From positions 156,178,001-156,242,000 of the forward strand of contig OX597817.1 of NCBI GenBank assembly GCA_951406725.2: a stretch of DNA of 64,000 bases, given 5' to 3'. Below, one piece after another: positions 13,090 through 26,241 of this stretch (position 1 is the stretch's first letter; each line of letters begins with the position of its first letter). Both the position numbers and the translations under genes were made by a program. The notes under the pieces are model-generated. The model was given only the letters and a program-made list of their open reading frames with translations, did no database searches and was not told the DNA's origin. Origin of the DNA: Octopus vulgaris. Lineage: Eukaryota.

Positions 13090-13880
13090 GAAAGATATCT
13101 TCCTCCCCGGTCAAGTCCTTATCGACCTTTTTAAGTTTCACTTGGAAAGGAAAGTGAGGTGGGAGAAGGAAGTGCTACCTTTCAGTGAATTTGTGAAAAG
13201 ACGGGTGACTCTGGCAAAAATGGTTAGAGCGAATAATGGCCCTGCTGTAAGCACGCGCTTATAGATTGGAGAGCAACAATTGGGAGAGGGTTCGTGCCTT
13301 TGGTGGTCATGATAATCCTGGATCTGCGGAGTTCCTTGATTGGCCCTAGCTGGAGTTTTTCCTGTATCAGGAAGGCTGCATCACTCATGTTATTACATAC
13401 TTTGTATACTGTGTGAGTGTAGGCGCATGGCTCAGTGGTTAGAGTGTCGAACTTACGATCGTGAGGTTGTGAGTTCGAATCCCGGACCGGGCTGTGTGTT
13501 GTGTTCTTGAGCAACGCACTTTATTTCACGTTGCTCCAGTTCACTCAGCTGTAGAAATGAGTTGCGACGTCACAGGTGCCAAGCTGTATTGGCCCCTTTG
13601 CCTTTCCCTTGGATAACACTGGTGGCGTCGAGAGGGGAGGCCGGTATGCATGGGCGACAGCTGGTCTTCCATAAACAACCTTGCCCGGACTTGTACCTGG
13701 GAGGGTAACTTTGTAGGTGCAATCCCACGGTCAGTCATGACCGAAGGGGGTCTCACATACTGTGTATTCTTTTATCGCATTTCACCGGTTTTTCATCTTT
13801 TATGTGAATTCCCACACAAATTGTTGACTGTCCTTGTGATGTCTTCCTCATCCAAGCCCCTGTGGCTAATAAAAGAAATC
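13090..13880 (+). mobile_element. Tx1/L1-like LINE 3' remnant, interrupted by a SINE
   Basis: IDLFKFHLERKVRWEKEVL resembles the C-terminus at 21813-22067; tail GCCCCTGTGGCTAATAAAAGAAATC followed by (CAT)n. Confidence 0.65.
13421..13753 (+). mobile_element. tRNA-derived SINE family D
   Basis: A-box TGGCTCAGTGG, B-box GAGTTCGAATCC; related copies at 43105-43315, 49425-49770 and 52280-52515. Confidence 0.85.
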
Positions 13881-14037
13881 ACCTTCGTCATTACCGTCAT
13901 CGTCGTCGTCGTGGTCATCATCATCATCATCATCATTATCACCATCATCATCATCCACATCATCATCAACATAGTCGTTGTTGTCGTCATCATCATCATC
14001 ATCATCATTCACATCATCATCAACATAGTCGTTGTTG

Positions 14038-14073
<36 letters not shown>

Positions 14074-14594
14074 CCATCATTATTATTGGACCAACCAGCC
14101 AATTCCCGTTGATAATTTAATTAATTTCAAAAAGGATAAAATTCAGAATATCTAAAAACATAATTTTGATATTTTCAGGGATTTATTGAAAATGGTTTTG
14201 TAGGAAATATAAAATAAAAATAACCAAATCAGATCAATATATTTTTGACTACGGTCGGAGGAAAAGCAGTTGATTGAATAATTGCTATTTGAAGTTGGAA
14301 ATTGTATAACAGCGAAGTGGAGACGATGATCATCATCACCATCATCATTATATTGTTGATGATGATGATGATGATGTCTCTTTTTTGTTCCTCGCTCATC
14401 CTACATGGTGAATATGGCGGGTCTCTATAAATAGTGGATGTTATCTCCCACGTCGTTCTTTGACTTAATTTTAATGTCCTCTTTATGCTTCAACTGTTGC
14501 AGCAATATTGGTTTCAAATTTTGGCACAATGCCAGTAATGTCGACACCCCTCCCCCCCCCCACACACACACATACAGTGCTCAACTAGTATTTA

Positions 14595-15068
14595 TTTTAT
14601 CGACCCAGAAAGGATGAAAGACAAAGTTGAGCTCAGAATGTAAAGACGGACGAAATACCTATTTCTTTACTACCCACAAGGGGCTAAACACAGAGGAGAA
14701 AAACAAGGACAGACAGACCGATTAAGTCGATTATATCGACCCCCGTGCGTAACTGGTACTTAATTTATCGACCCCGAAAGGATGAAAAGCAAAGTCGACC
14801 TCGGCGGAATTTGAACTCAGAACGTAGCGGCAGACGAAATACCTATTTCTATTTCTTTACTACCCACAAGGGGCTAAACACAGAGAGGTCAAACAAGGAT
14901 AGACAAAGGGCTTAAGTCGATTACATAGAAACAAGTGCGTAACTGGTACTTATTTAATCCACCCCGAAAGGATGAAAGGCAAAATCGACCTCGGCGGAAT
15001 TTGAACTCAGAACGTAGCGGCTCCGCATTTCGCCCGGCGTGCTAACGTTTCTGCCAGCTCGCCGCCTT
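14595..15068 (-). mobile_element. SINE family C with tandem bodies
   Basis: Single head AAGGCGGCGAGCTGGCAG plus repeated ~184-190-bp body/tail units. Confidence 0.88.
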
Positions 15069-15229
15069 TAATTGTTAATATTTTTAACAGTAATATTTTC
15101 GAGTTTGAAACTTGTGTACTAACAGATCCTCTAACTAGTGCCAAATATTGTTTGGCTGTCTTTAATTACAGACTACGTAATGTTGTAGCTCTAGACTACA
15201 ACTTACATCGTTATTTAGACAGACAATAT

Positions 15230-15612
15230 GGAAGCACTCCGTCGGTTACGACGACGAGGGTTCCGGTTGATCCGAATCAATGGAACAGCCTGCTTGTGAA
15301 ATTAACGTGTAAGTGGCTGAGCACGCCACAGACACGTGCACCCTTAACGTAGTTCTCGGGGATATTCAGCGTGACACAGAGAGTGACAAGGCTGACTCTT
15401 TGACATACAGGTACAACAGAAACAGGAAGTAAGAGTGAGAGAAAGTTGTGGTGAAAGAGTACAACAGGGATCACCACCATCCCCTGCCGGAGCCTCGTGG
15501 AGCTTTTAGGTGTTTTCGCTCAATAAACACTCACAACGCCTGGTCTGGGAATCGAAACCGCGATCCTATGACCGCGAGTTCGCTGCCCTAACCACTGGGC
15601 CATTGCGCCTCC
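15230..15612 (-). mobile_element. SINE family A
   Basis: Full copy with TSD GACAGACAATA. Confidence 0.92.
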
Positions 15613-15634
15613 ACTTTGACAGACAATAAACTCG

Positions 15635-15855
15635 ACATCTATAAAATACAAGCGCTATATTTATTGATACAAACCCTACATTCACAAACTACAAACCCTA
15701 CATTCAAATGCAACAACCCCTATAGACTGCAAATCTTATATTTAAACTATAATGCCTTCATATATAGACTACAAGCCATACATATGTAGACTAGAAACCC
15801 TGTCTTAACAGACTATGAATTCTACATTATAGATTACGACTTTTACATTCTATAG
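15635..15855. repeat. Degenerate ~21-bp minisatellite
   Basis: About 10 decayed units of AGACTACAAACCCTACAT. Confidence 0.6.
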
Positions 15856-16335
15856 CTTCTGGAGCTGTCTTGAGGTCTCAGTGGAAGCTGAGGGCAGTTA
15901 CTTTGAGCGTATTGTTATCTAGATGCTACTATTTAATACTTTGAAAATACTTTTATTACCAAACTGTCAAATTTAGCCGAACACCCTGTTTAAACTACAA
16001 ACTCTATATCCAGGCGGATCATGACAGACAGCGTCACCAGAATATCTCTGCAGTTTGACGAGCTTCTCCTCATCTTAACGTAATTGTCTCATTAATTAAT
16101 ACCGAAGCTTTTAAGACGAAGCACCGAGTCAGGGGCGAACTCGCGACTCTTTTTTCCACATCAATGAAATTCATTTGTGAATGTCCCGTGGCGATGAAAT
16201 AACCTTGGAAACTTGGAAGCATCCTCGGTAAGGAGGGTATGCTGAGAGAGAGAGAGAGAGGGTGAGAGAGAAAGAGAGAGAGAGAGAGAGAGGGGTGAGA
16301 GAGAAAGAGAGAGAAAGACAGAGAGAAAGAGAGAA

Positions 16336-16397
<62 letters not shown>

Positions 16398-16931
16398 GAG
16401 ATGGGGTATATTGCTATGGTGTAATAATGAATATAGACACACACTCAAATACACACGCACACGCATACGTATTAACTCACGTACACAAATACATAGGCAT
16501 GCGCACATAAACTCACATGCATGCGAACACACACACACACACACACACACTAACATGGACACGTATCGATAGATGTGTGTGTATGTTTGTATAACTAAGT
16601 GTCCTTGGGTGTTTGTGTAATTGGTGAGTGTAGATATGATGATGTTGGAGTGTGTTTTCCATGTCTGTATGTATTCGTATGTGATCGGTATTAGTATATG
16701 TATATACTTCGATGTATGTGTGTGTGTGTGTGTTTGTGTATGTGTGTGTGTGTGTAAGAACAATGAAATAAAGAGGTCACACAAGGTCAATCTCTAACGC
16801 CATGTTCAATATAATTAGTTTCTCCGAACCAAATTAACCAATATTATTAGTTCCTTTGATGTTTTTATATGTCTTCATGTCATTTGTCTCTTTTTCCCTT
16901 TCTCTCTCTCTTTCTCTCTCTCCTTCTCTCG

Positions 16932-16985
<54 letters not shown>

Positions 16986-17309
16986 TTCATTCAATCACTC
17001 TCGTATATAGTACACAAACAGACACATACATGCGTACAGATATATACTTACGTACATACCTATGTACAGACATGCATATATACACGCGCACCCCCACCCC
17101 CACACGCATACATATATAAGGAGTTTCCACAGGAGTTTCGCCTGCCAAATTTCCTACACAAAGGCATTGGGTAACCTGAAGATATATTAGAAAGCACATG
17201 GCAAGAACAAAGTGCATTGCTGTGACACCTTGGGCAAGTGTCTCAATAATAGCATCAGTGGGAACAAACTCGAAACTAAGTGCTTGTAAAGCTAACTTCC
17301 TCACCACAC

Positions 17310-18250
<941 letters not shown>

Positions 18251-18272
18251 TATCTCTCTTCCTCTCTCTCTC

Positions 18273-18337
<65 letters not shown>

Positions 18338-18454
18338 GATGTATCTATGTGTGTAATTAATTTAATTTTACTTTTTATTATTCTAATCATTAGGTGTCAG
18401 AGATGTTGCGGCAAATAGGTTCATAGTGACCCAGTACTTATTTTATCGGTCTCT

Positions 18455-19370
18455 AGTTATCGAATGCTGTTCTGTGCGTCTTGAGTATGTACTATGTCTT
18501 GCTTTGCTTTTGTGAGGTTTTGTGGGGCGGTGGAGTGGGTTCTGTCTAATTTATTTAATGTGTAGTCTTCTGTATGTTGTGTATCCCTGTCTTCGTTTGT
18601 AAGACACCAGACATTAGAGTCATTGCTTCTGTTTTCACACCCCACTTTCAGGTTGCTTGTGGGTATACTTCGATGATAATTTCTTCGTTTCTTTGTGAGA
18701 TAAATTACCGTCTTTTTGGGACTGATACTTCGATTAGGAGGTTCTTTCCTTCCTGGTAGTCCTCGAGAACAATATCTGGCAGGTTAGCTTTGATCTGCTT
18801 GCCACATTCCAAATTACGGCTGCTTTGACTTTCTCTGAGACCTTTTTCTGGTGTATGTTAATATTACTACGTCTCTGTTAGTATTTCAACTTGCACAGTA
18901 TGAAAGCCACAACTCTGTCACGCCTGCAAATGTATTTTTCGTGGAAAAACTAGGAAAGTTAGAGACAATTGTTTCTTCTCAACTTACACATATTTTACTG
19001 TTAGTCCATTTTGCTTTACTAGATACATTTGGTAGTTTCTGGTGGGACAGCTTTGATTCTGTGCCACAATAAACACTCCTTCTCAGTCACTGTTGCAAAT
19101 TTTCTTCGTGTATTTTCACCGTGGTACCTTTTTTAAAGTTATGGGGGTAGATCATTGATTAATGTGGGAGCTTTTGGTGCCATCGATTTATAGGATATTC
19201 TGTAGTCCGATTTTAAGCTTGGCTGCTTGGTTTTTACTCAATTTCCGTGGTAGTATCTTCTTTCTCTTCATAACTGTCGATATATGACAGCTTCTGTTTT
19301 GAATGTATCGGCTTCCTTGAAAACAGAAAACATTGTTTTGTTTGTTGGTATTTTGTAACTGTTTGTATTA
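18455..19370 (-). mobile_element. Decayed R4/Dong-type non-LTR retrotransposon 3' part (restriction-like endonuclease)
   Basis: Minus-strand frames give IKANLPDIVLEDYQEGKNLLIEVSVP and DGNLSHKETKKLSSKY, the PD-(D/E) REL motif; frameshifted. Confidence 0.75.
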
Positions 19371-19380
19371 AATTTCCCTT

Positions 19381-19660
19381 AGGAGCAGGCGTGGCTGTGT
19401 GAAAAGAAGTTTGCTTCCCAACCAATTGGTCCCTGGTTCAGTTCCTATTTGTGACACCTTGGGCAAGTGTGTTCTACTCTAACCTCGGACCGACCAAAGC
19501 GTTTGTGAATGGATTTGGTAGACGAAAACCGAAAGAAACTCGTCGTGTGTGTGATTTTTTTTGTCCCCAACATCGCTTGACAACCGGTGTTGGTGTGTGT
19601 ACGTCCCCGTAACCTAACGGTTCGGCAAAATCACCGATAGAATAAATAACAAGCTTTAAA
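19381..19660 (+). mobile_element. SINE family B (older copy)
   Basis: Diverged match to other B copies. Confidence 0.8.
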
Positions 19661-19814
19661 AGAAATATTCTTCACTAAAAATTTTTGTTAGACATTTATG
19701 TATGCTTATAGAGCTTATCCTGAACGGGTAGCGCTTCTCGATAGCACTGCCAGGCCAGGGATCTCTGGAAGTTGTCCATAGGTCCCGGCCAGTTTGGAGG
19801 TCCGGACCAAACCA

Positions 19815-19940
19815 GACACATGTCTAAACAACTTCCTTTTCAGAACAATACGACATGATTGAATTTCAGGAGCAGTACAGACGAGACTTGCTCTCACACT
19901 AGTGAAATTTCATGCAACAGAGTATCAGTATGTTCGGCAA

Positions 19941-19996
<56 letters not shown>

Positions 19997-20019
19997 TCTA
20001 AATTATCAACGTTGCTACA
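19815..20019. repeat. ~200-bp segment duplicated at 22686-22910
   Basis: Near-identical unique sequence plus (GTA)n. Confidence 0.9.
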
Positions 20020-20530
20020 AAACATGTTTTATAAATATTTTATAATAGCTTTCTACTTGTATTTAAGTACACGTTGTAGAATATTATATATATTAAAAGT
20101 GTAACAAAGATATTCGAGATTAACAAAAGCTATGCATATTCTAGAGAGCTTTCGGACTTAACTTCGTTTTCAAAACTGAGTTTCCAAATCGTTTATAAAT
20201 ACTTCTTTAATGAGCAACTTCCATGCTGTTGTCATGTATTGTTTTATCGAATTTTTGTAGGTTGTTTTCAAATGCGTCGTTTTGAGAAAAACTGCTTTTC
20301 TCTAAAACCGTACCTTTCTACTTTAAGGCGAATAATTATAAACATTCGAATGTTTACAGACGTGTTTGTTCATTGTTTGTTGCATCTAATTAGCGTTTTT
20401 TGTTGTTGTTGTTTTTTTTTGTTTTTGTTTTTTCAGAATAGTTATTTATTGTCATTTGGATTATTTTATTTGTTTTGCTATAAATAGTATCTATTTTATG
20501 CATTAATTTACTCTTCCTATTGTCTATTCT

Positions 20531-20762
20531 AAGGCGGCGAGCTGGCAGAAACGTTAGCACGCCGGGCGAAATGCGTTGCCGTATTTCGTCTGTCGTTACG
20601 TTCTGGGTTCAAATTCCGCCGAGGTCGACTTTGCCTTTTATCCTTTCGGGGTCGATAAATTAAGTAACAGTTACGCACTGGATCGATGTAATCGACTTAA
20701 TCCCTTTGTCTGTCCTTGTTTGTCCCCTCTGTGTTTAGCCCTTTGTGGGTAGTAAAGAAATA
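20531..20762 (+). mobile_element. SINE family C
   Basis: Full head-body-tail copy directly upstream of the LINE. Confidence 0.9.
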
Positions 20763-20769
20763 TATGTTT

Positions 20770-22440
20770 GTAACTTCTGAGCTTTACAGTTGTATGCCAG
20801 ACTTGTTTGGAGACGTCTTGGCAGGGGTGTACTGCAACTGGCAGCAAAACGGGAGCATCCCCCGTTTTGTCAGCCGAGGAGCCGTAAAGCTGCAGAAGAA
20901 AGATCCAAACAAGGGGGACGTAACAGATAACTTTAGGCCCATCACTCTGCTCAATGCAAACTTGAAAATTTTGGCCAAGGTGTTAGCCAAGAGGTTGGTG
21001 CTTGTCATCGAGAAACTGGTCGACAAGGCGCAAACGTGCACCGTGCCGGGCCGGAGCATCCATGACAACCTCCATCTGATGCGCTACATCAAAGAGAGGG
21101 TAGTTAAGGAACCTGGCATGGGTGGGATCTTGATAAATTTGGATCAATCCAAAGCTTTCGATAGGGTAGACCATCGATACTTGGAGGCTGTTCTCATAGC
21201 GGCTGGTTTCGGTCCCGTCTTCCGCGGCTGGATAGCTGCCTTGTACAGAGGCTCCGTTCGGTAATTTGCGTGAGTGGACATCTATCGATACCTTTAGACA
21301 TTGCACGTTCGGTCCGTCAGAGATGCCCCCTCTCGTCGTTTCTGTACGTATTAACTCTCGAGCCACTACTGCGGAAACTGGCGACGCTCAGGGTCATCCC
21401 GCGAGAATTGGGAAGCGAGACGAGCGTGTCGGCACACACTGAAAGACTACAAAGCAGTAACAGGACTGAAAATCAACCGGGAAAAGTCAGTGGACTAGCG
21501 GCTCGGCACCTGGAGAAGTAAGCCCATGCCGTCCAGCAGCGCCTCTGTCGTGGGATGCTGGACCGATGGTCCGGTCGAGTTGCTCGGGGTCTGGTTTGGT
21601 CGGGACCTATGGACAACTTCCAGAGATCCCTGGCCTGGCAGTGCTATCGAGAAGCGCTACCCGTTCAGGATAAGCTCTACAGGCATGGATCGAGAAACAC
21701 GGGGTCGACCTGCCCGAGATGCGGTCACAGTGACGAAACCGTTCTGCATGCACTCGTACAGTGTCCAACCATTTCCGACCTATAGGCCTATGTCGAACGA
21801 CTGCTATCGCGTATGGGACGCGTGAGTTTATCAACCGAGTCTATTGTGAATATTGTCGTGCCTCCTTCCTTGAAACGGGAAAGAAGAGCCATTTTCATCG
21901 TACTTGTGGCTATGACGAAAGAATGTGTATGGTGGGCGCATCTGAAAGATCTAGAGATAAACACTTTCCTCTTTGGTGAATCTCTCAACTTCTTCAAGTA
22001 TCACTTGAAGAGACAGGTAGAGAGAGAAGCTTTGTCCAGTGGATGTTTCAAAAAGCAAAATGGGTGAATGTAGCAAGGATGGCAGTGTAAATGACGGAGC
22101 CACCTTGAACATAATCCTATGAACCAGAAAAAGAAAAGAAAATAGAGAGTCACTTATTGTAATATGTTTATTGCATGACATTATTACCCGAGGTTACCGT
22201 GGCATTTTCTGTAAGCTTTTCTTTCCACGGATAAACCTAATTTGTTTCTCCTTTTACATTATGACATTTCTGTGATACATGATCCCTATTGATCGGCTCC
22301 CTTTTTTTTTCTTTCCACGATCCCGTTTGATCGAAATTCAACCCCGCCTTTTTTTTTCTTCCCTTCCTGAAAAGAAAAGCTCTACTTTGTATTTTGTACC
22401 CTCTGTGTCTAGCCCTGTGTGGTCAATAAAGAAACATATC
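20770..22440 (+). mobile_element. Degenerate Tx1/L1-clade LINE (RT, C-terminal CCHC, 3' UTR)
   Basis: RT motifs NFRPITLLN, KILAKVLAKRL, DQSKAFDRVDH, SVRQRCPLS; zinc knuckle CPRCGHSDETVLHALVQC; frameshifts and loss of the YADD region. Confidence 0.92.
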
Positions 22441-22685
22441 TTTTGTAATGATAAGCGTTTACTTAACACCACATAATCTACTATGAATGGTAAACGTGTC
22501 ATAAACTGTTTAAATCGCTTAACACACCTGGGTATGAAACTGTTGGGATTTGTTATTGCCCTTTGCAAATTGCTTATAGAGTCCGCTAATCTGTGTTAGT
22601 CTTTGAGAGAAAGTCTCTTATAAGTAGTCTGCTATTTGTTGGAGTTACTATTTTAGCCCGTCCTGAGTGGCTTAGAAAGCTGTTG

Positions 22686-22831
22686 ACACATGTCTAAACA
22701 ACTTCCTTTTTCAGAACAATACGACATGATTGAATTTCAGGAGCAGTACAGACGAGACTTACTCTCACACTAGTGAAATTTCATGCAACAGAGTATCAGT
22801 ATGTCCGGCAGCAGCAGCAGCAGTAGTAGTG

Positions 22832-22868
<37 letters not shown>

Positions 22869-22910
22869 CAGCAGCAGCAGCAGCAGTATCTAAATTATCA
22901 ACGTTGCTAC
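22686..22910. repeat. Second copy of 19815-20019
   Basis: Direct repeat. Confidence 0.9.
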
Positions 22911-22997
22911 TGTGAAGGCCATCGATCAAAGTATTATTATTATTATTACTACTAATATAATGACTACCAGTAACATCACTACCATCATTTCTCTTGC

Positions 22998-23395
22998 AGA
23001 AGGTGAGCTGGTAGAAACGTTAGGACGCCGGGCGAAATTGTTAGCGGTATTTCGTCTGTCTTTATGTTCTGAGTTCAAATTCCGTCGAGGTCGACTTTGC
23101 CTTTCATGCTTTCGGGGTCGATAAATTAAGTGCCAGTTACGCACTGAGGTCGATGTAATCGACTTAATCCGTTTGTATATCCTTGTTTGTCCTCTCTGTG
23201 TTTAGCCCCTTGTGGGTAGTAAAGAAATAGGCATTTCGCCTGCCTTTACGTTCTGAGTTCAAATTCCGTCGAGGACGACTTTGCCTTTCATCCTTTCGGG
23301 ATTGATAAATTAAGTATCAATTGCGTACTGGGGTCGATCCAATCGACTGGCTCCTTCTCCAAAAAATGTCGGGCCTTGTGCCTAGAGTAGAAAAT
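22998..23395 (+). mobile_element. SINE family C dimer with two different tails
   Basis: The first unit ends GTAAAGAAATA; the second starts GGCATTTCG and ends GGCCTTGTGCCTAGAGTAG. Confidence 0.85.
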
Positions 23396-23517
23396 TACTA
23401 AGTAAAATGGTAACACTCTTTATAGCCTCGATTTCTAACTTCCTAAGGACCCAACAATAATTGGCACTATCTTCACATTCATTTTCCATAGCCTGGCTAT
23501 TTCATACTTAAGAGGGT

Positions 23518-23579
<62 letters not shown>

Positions 23580-23582
<3 letters not shown>

Positions 23583-23893
23583 TCTTTGTAAGCCCAGTAC
23601 TTATTCTATCGGTCTCTTTTGCCGAACCGCTAAGTGACGGGGACGTAAACACACCATCATCGGTTGTCAAGCAATGCTAGGGGGACAAACACAGACACAC
23701 AAACACACACATACATATACACATATATACATATATACGACAGGCTTCTTTCAGTTTCCGTCTACCAAATCCACTCACAAGGCATTTGTCGGCCCGGGGC
23801 TATAGCAGAAGACACTTGCCCAAGATGCCACGTAGTGGGACTGAACCATGTGGTTGGTTAGCAAGCTACTTACCACACAGCCACTCCTGCGCC
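23580..23893 (-). mobile_element. SINE family B (tail truncated)
   Basis: Sequence match to other copies. Confidence 0.85.
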
Positions 23894-23949
23894 TATGTGC
23901 CAAATTTTGAAACCATTATTATTGTTGTTGTTTATCCAGAGGTAGCACC

Positions 23950-24260
23950 GACATTTGAAAACCTTTCTAAACAGATAAGGCTAAAAGTGATTGATACCCA
24001 GTTTGAACATCTGTAAGGTGATACTACCTACAGGGAATTTGAGAAAGTTGGCAGCTCTAGAAATAAAAGGTTAACGAAAGTATTCACTGAAATTCTTGGA
24101 GATAAGACACATCAATAGATAATGATAGGCTGAGAGATGTGTAAATTGGTGGGATAAGGGCAGTGAAGATATGCAGATCGCTAGCTCAGAGGAGCAGAGG
24201 CCGTTGTAAAAGCGGTAGAAGTGACAAAGAGGAAAAGAAAAGTATATCTATGAAGGTAGT
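23950..24260 (-). mobile_element. Decayed CR1/L2-like LINE C-terminal remnant
   Basis: Minus strand reads LCHFYRFYNGLCSSELA, similar to the LINE motif LxLFYRYYxGxCSxEL (recall). Confidence 0.45.
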
Positions 24261-24270
24261 AGTTGCATGA

Positions 24271-24503
24271 AAGGCGGCGAGCTGGCAGAAGCATTAACAC
24301 ACCGGGCGAAATGCTTAGCGGTATTTCGTCTGCCGTTACGTTCTGAGCTCAAATTCCGCCGAGGTCGACTTTGCCTTTCATCCTTTCGGGGTCGATAAAT
24401 TAAGTATCAGTTACGCACTGGGGTCGATATAATCGACTTAATCCGTTTGCCTGTCCTTGTTTGTCCTTTCTGTGTTTAGCCCCTTGTGGGTTGTAAAGAA
24501 ATA
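24271..24503 (+). mobile_element. SINE family C
   Basis: Full copy; TSD AGGTAGTAGTTGYATG. Confidence 0.9.
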
Positions 24504-24649
24504 GGTAGTAGTTGTATGTTGATGAATGAATCTTTGCTAATGAAACGGAAGGCTCTTATACCCAAGAATAGTTGCGTGTGTATGTATGTTTGTGAGTAAC
24601 TACTTTTCAGTATGTGCATGTGTGTGTGCTTTGTGTAACAGTATTGTCC

Positions 24650-24682
<33 letters not shown>

Positions 24683-25522
24683 CGTGCGTGTGTGCGCGCG
24701 CGTGCGTGTGTGCGCGCGCGTGTGTGCGTCTGTGTGTGTGTTTGTGGAGGGGATAGGCGTGTGAACAGTGTTTTTATTCGTGTCTTACTTGAGCTTCGTT
24801 ATGAGGGCACATGGTCGCGCAGTAAGGTTGTTGTACTCACGATCGTGAAAACATGGGGTTCGATTCCTGGACTGGGTGGGGCGTTGTGCTCTTGATGCAA
24901 AACACGTTGCTCTGCGATCACTTTGACATGTGGCGTGTGGCATACCGTGCACCTGTACAGGTAATGTCGGTGTGACGGGTTAAGTGAGCTAATGTGCAAC
25001 ACGAACATCTAATCATTATAAACAAATCATCTGTGGAAATTGCCGAACCGTCCTTCTCGGATTCGGGAGACCACCATAAACTTGAGCTTCGTAAAACAAT
25101 CTTGGATGGTAGACTTATTTTATCGCCCAGTTTAGCACCACCACATATGGCATCTCAGGTGCCATTAGCAGCGTTCATTCGGTTACAAGCATCAGTGTTA
25201 AGTCATTAGCTTGAACCCTTCCTCTCTTCTTCTCACAAGTCTCGGAGGCCCTGTAACGGGTATGAGCCCTGGCTAATTCTTACTCGAGAGTAAGTAGTAA
25301 CTGATAAGGCTTCAGGAATGTTACAGTCTTGTAAAGAAACCCTAACCTTTGTATTGCTGTCTTATCACTTGAACAGTGTGTTAAAAAGTCAGCGTAGCGA
25401 ACTCTTCCCCAATTCGAGACCCTCAGATAAACACACTGTCGTTGAATGCCTTTCAAGCGCAAAAGGTTCTTCAATGCCAGTCTTATGGCATTAGTTAGAT
25501 TGGATCTCTCTCTCTCTCTCTT

Positions 25523-25559
<37 letters not shown>

Positions 25560-25980
25560 CTCTCTCTCTCTCTCTTTCTCTCTCTTTCTCTGTCTCTCTC
25601 TGTCTCTCTCTTTCTCTGGGTGGTACACCAGTCTGTCATAGGTTACGGAAGTAGATGATTTTAAATCTATTCCCAACACAAGAGCTAAGTAAATTGAGGT
25701 ATAGTATAGATTGGAAATGTAAATTAGAGGAAATAACTAATTCTATTAAAAATAAAACAATGAATAATAAATAATAAATCTCTGAACGAGGTATAAACAG
25801 TAACTGCACGACAATGTGAGATATACTTGCCATCTCAATATGGCTAACCACTAAGGGTGGGTGTTACTGTAGCTTGTAGCCCCAGGAGATCATCGTCTCC
25901 AGCTGGCTATTGACGCATTTTCTGTGCCCTTAAGGTATTTGCAAAGGGAGGTCATCCTTCCCTCGTCAACCTAAGTGATA

Positions 25981-26025
25981 CGCACGGACTGCAGTTTCTG
26001 GGTCTTGACCCGTCATCAGCGTACG
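25981..26025 (-). ncRNA. Minimal type I hammerhead ribozyme
   Basis: Exact reverse complement of 26197-26241. Confidence 0.85.
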
Positions 26026-26196
26026 ACAATCACCGGTTTTCGATTAAAGGAGTCCCCAATGCAAATATTAATATACTTTTTTCAGTAACTCTACGTCACT
26101 GATCTCGAAAAAGTGTATACAAGCAATAATAAATCTCTGGAAAAAGTATATTAATATTTGCATTGGGAACTCCTTTCATCGAAAACCGGTGATTGT

Positions 26197-26241
26197 CGTA
26201 CGCTGATGACGGGTCAAGACCCAGAAACTGCAGTCCGTGCG
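26197..26241 (+). ncRNA. Minimal type I hammerhead ribozyme
   Basis: Stem I CGTACG/CGTGCG, CTGATGA, stem II GGGT-caag-ACCC, GAAA, palindromic stem III ACTGCAGT, GUC site (after 26235). Confidence 0.88.

Noticed and set aside
16070-16241. Possible exon: minus-strand (CT)n-CAG acceptor, or plus-strand MSRGDEITLETWKHP followed by GTAAGG
   Set aside because: The pyrimidine tract is a microsatellite, no recognisable protein emerges, and the two strands conflict.
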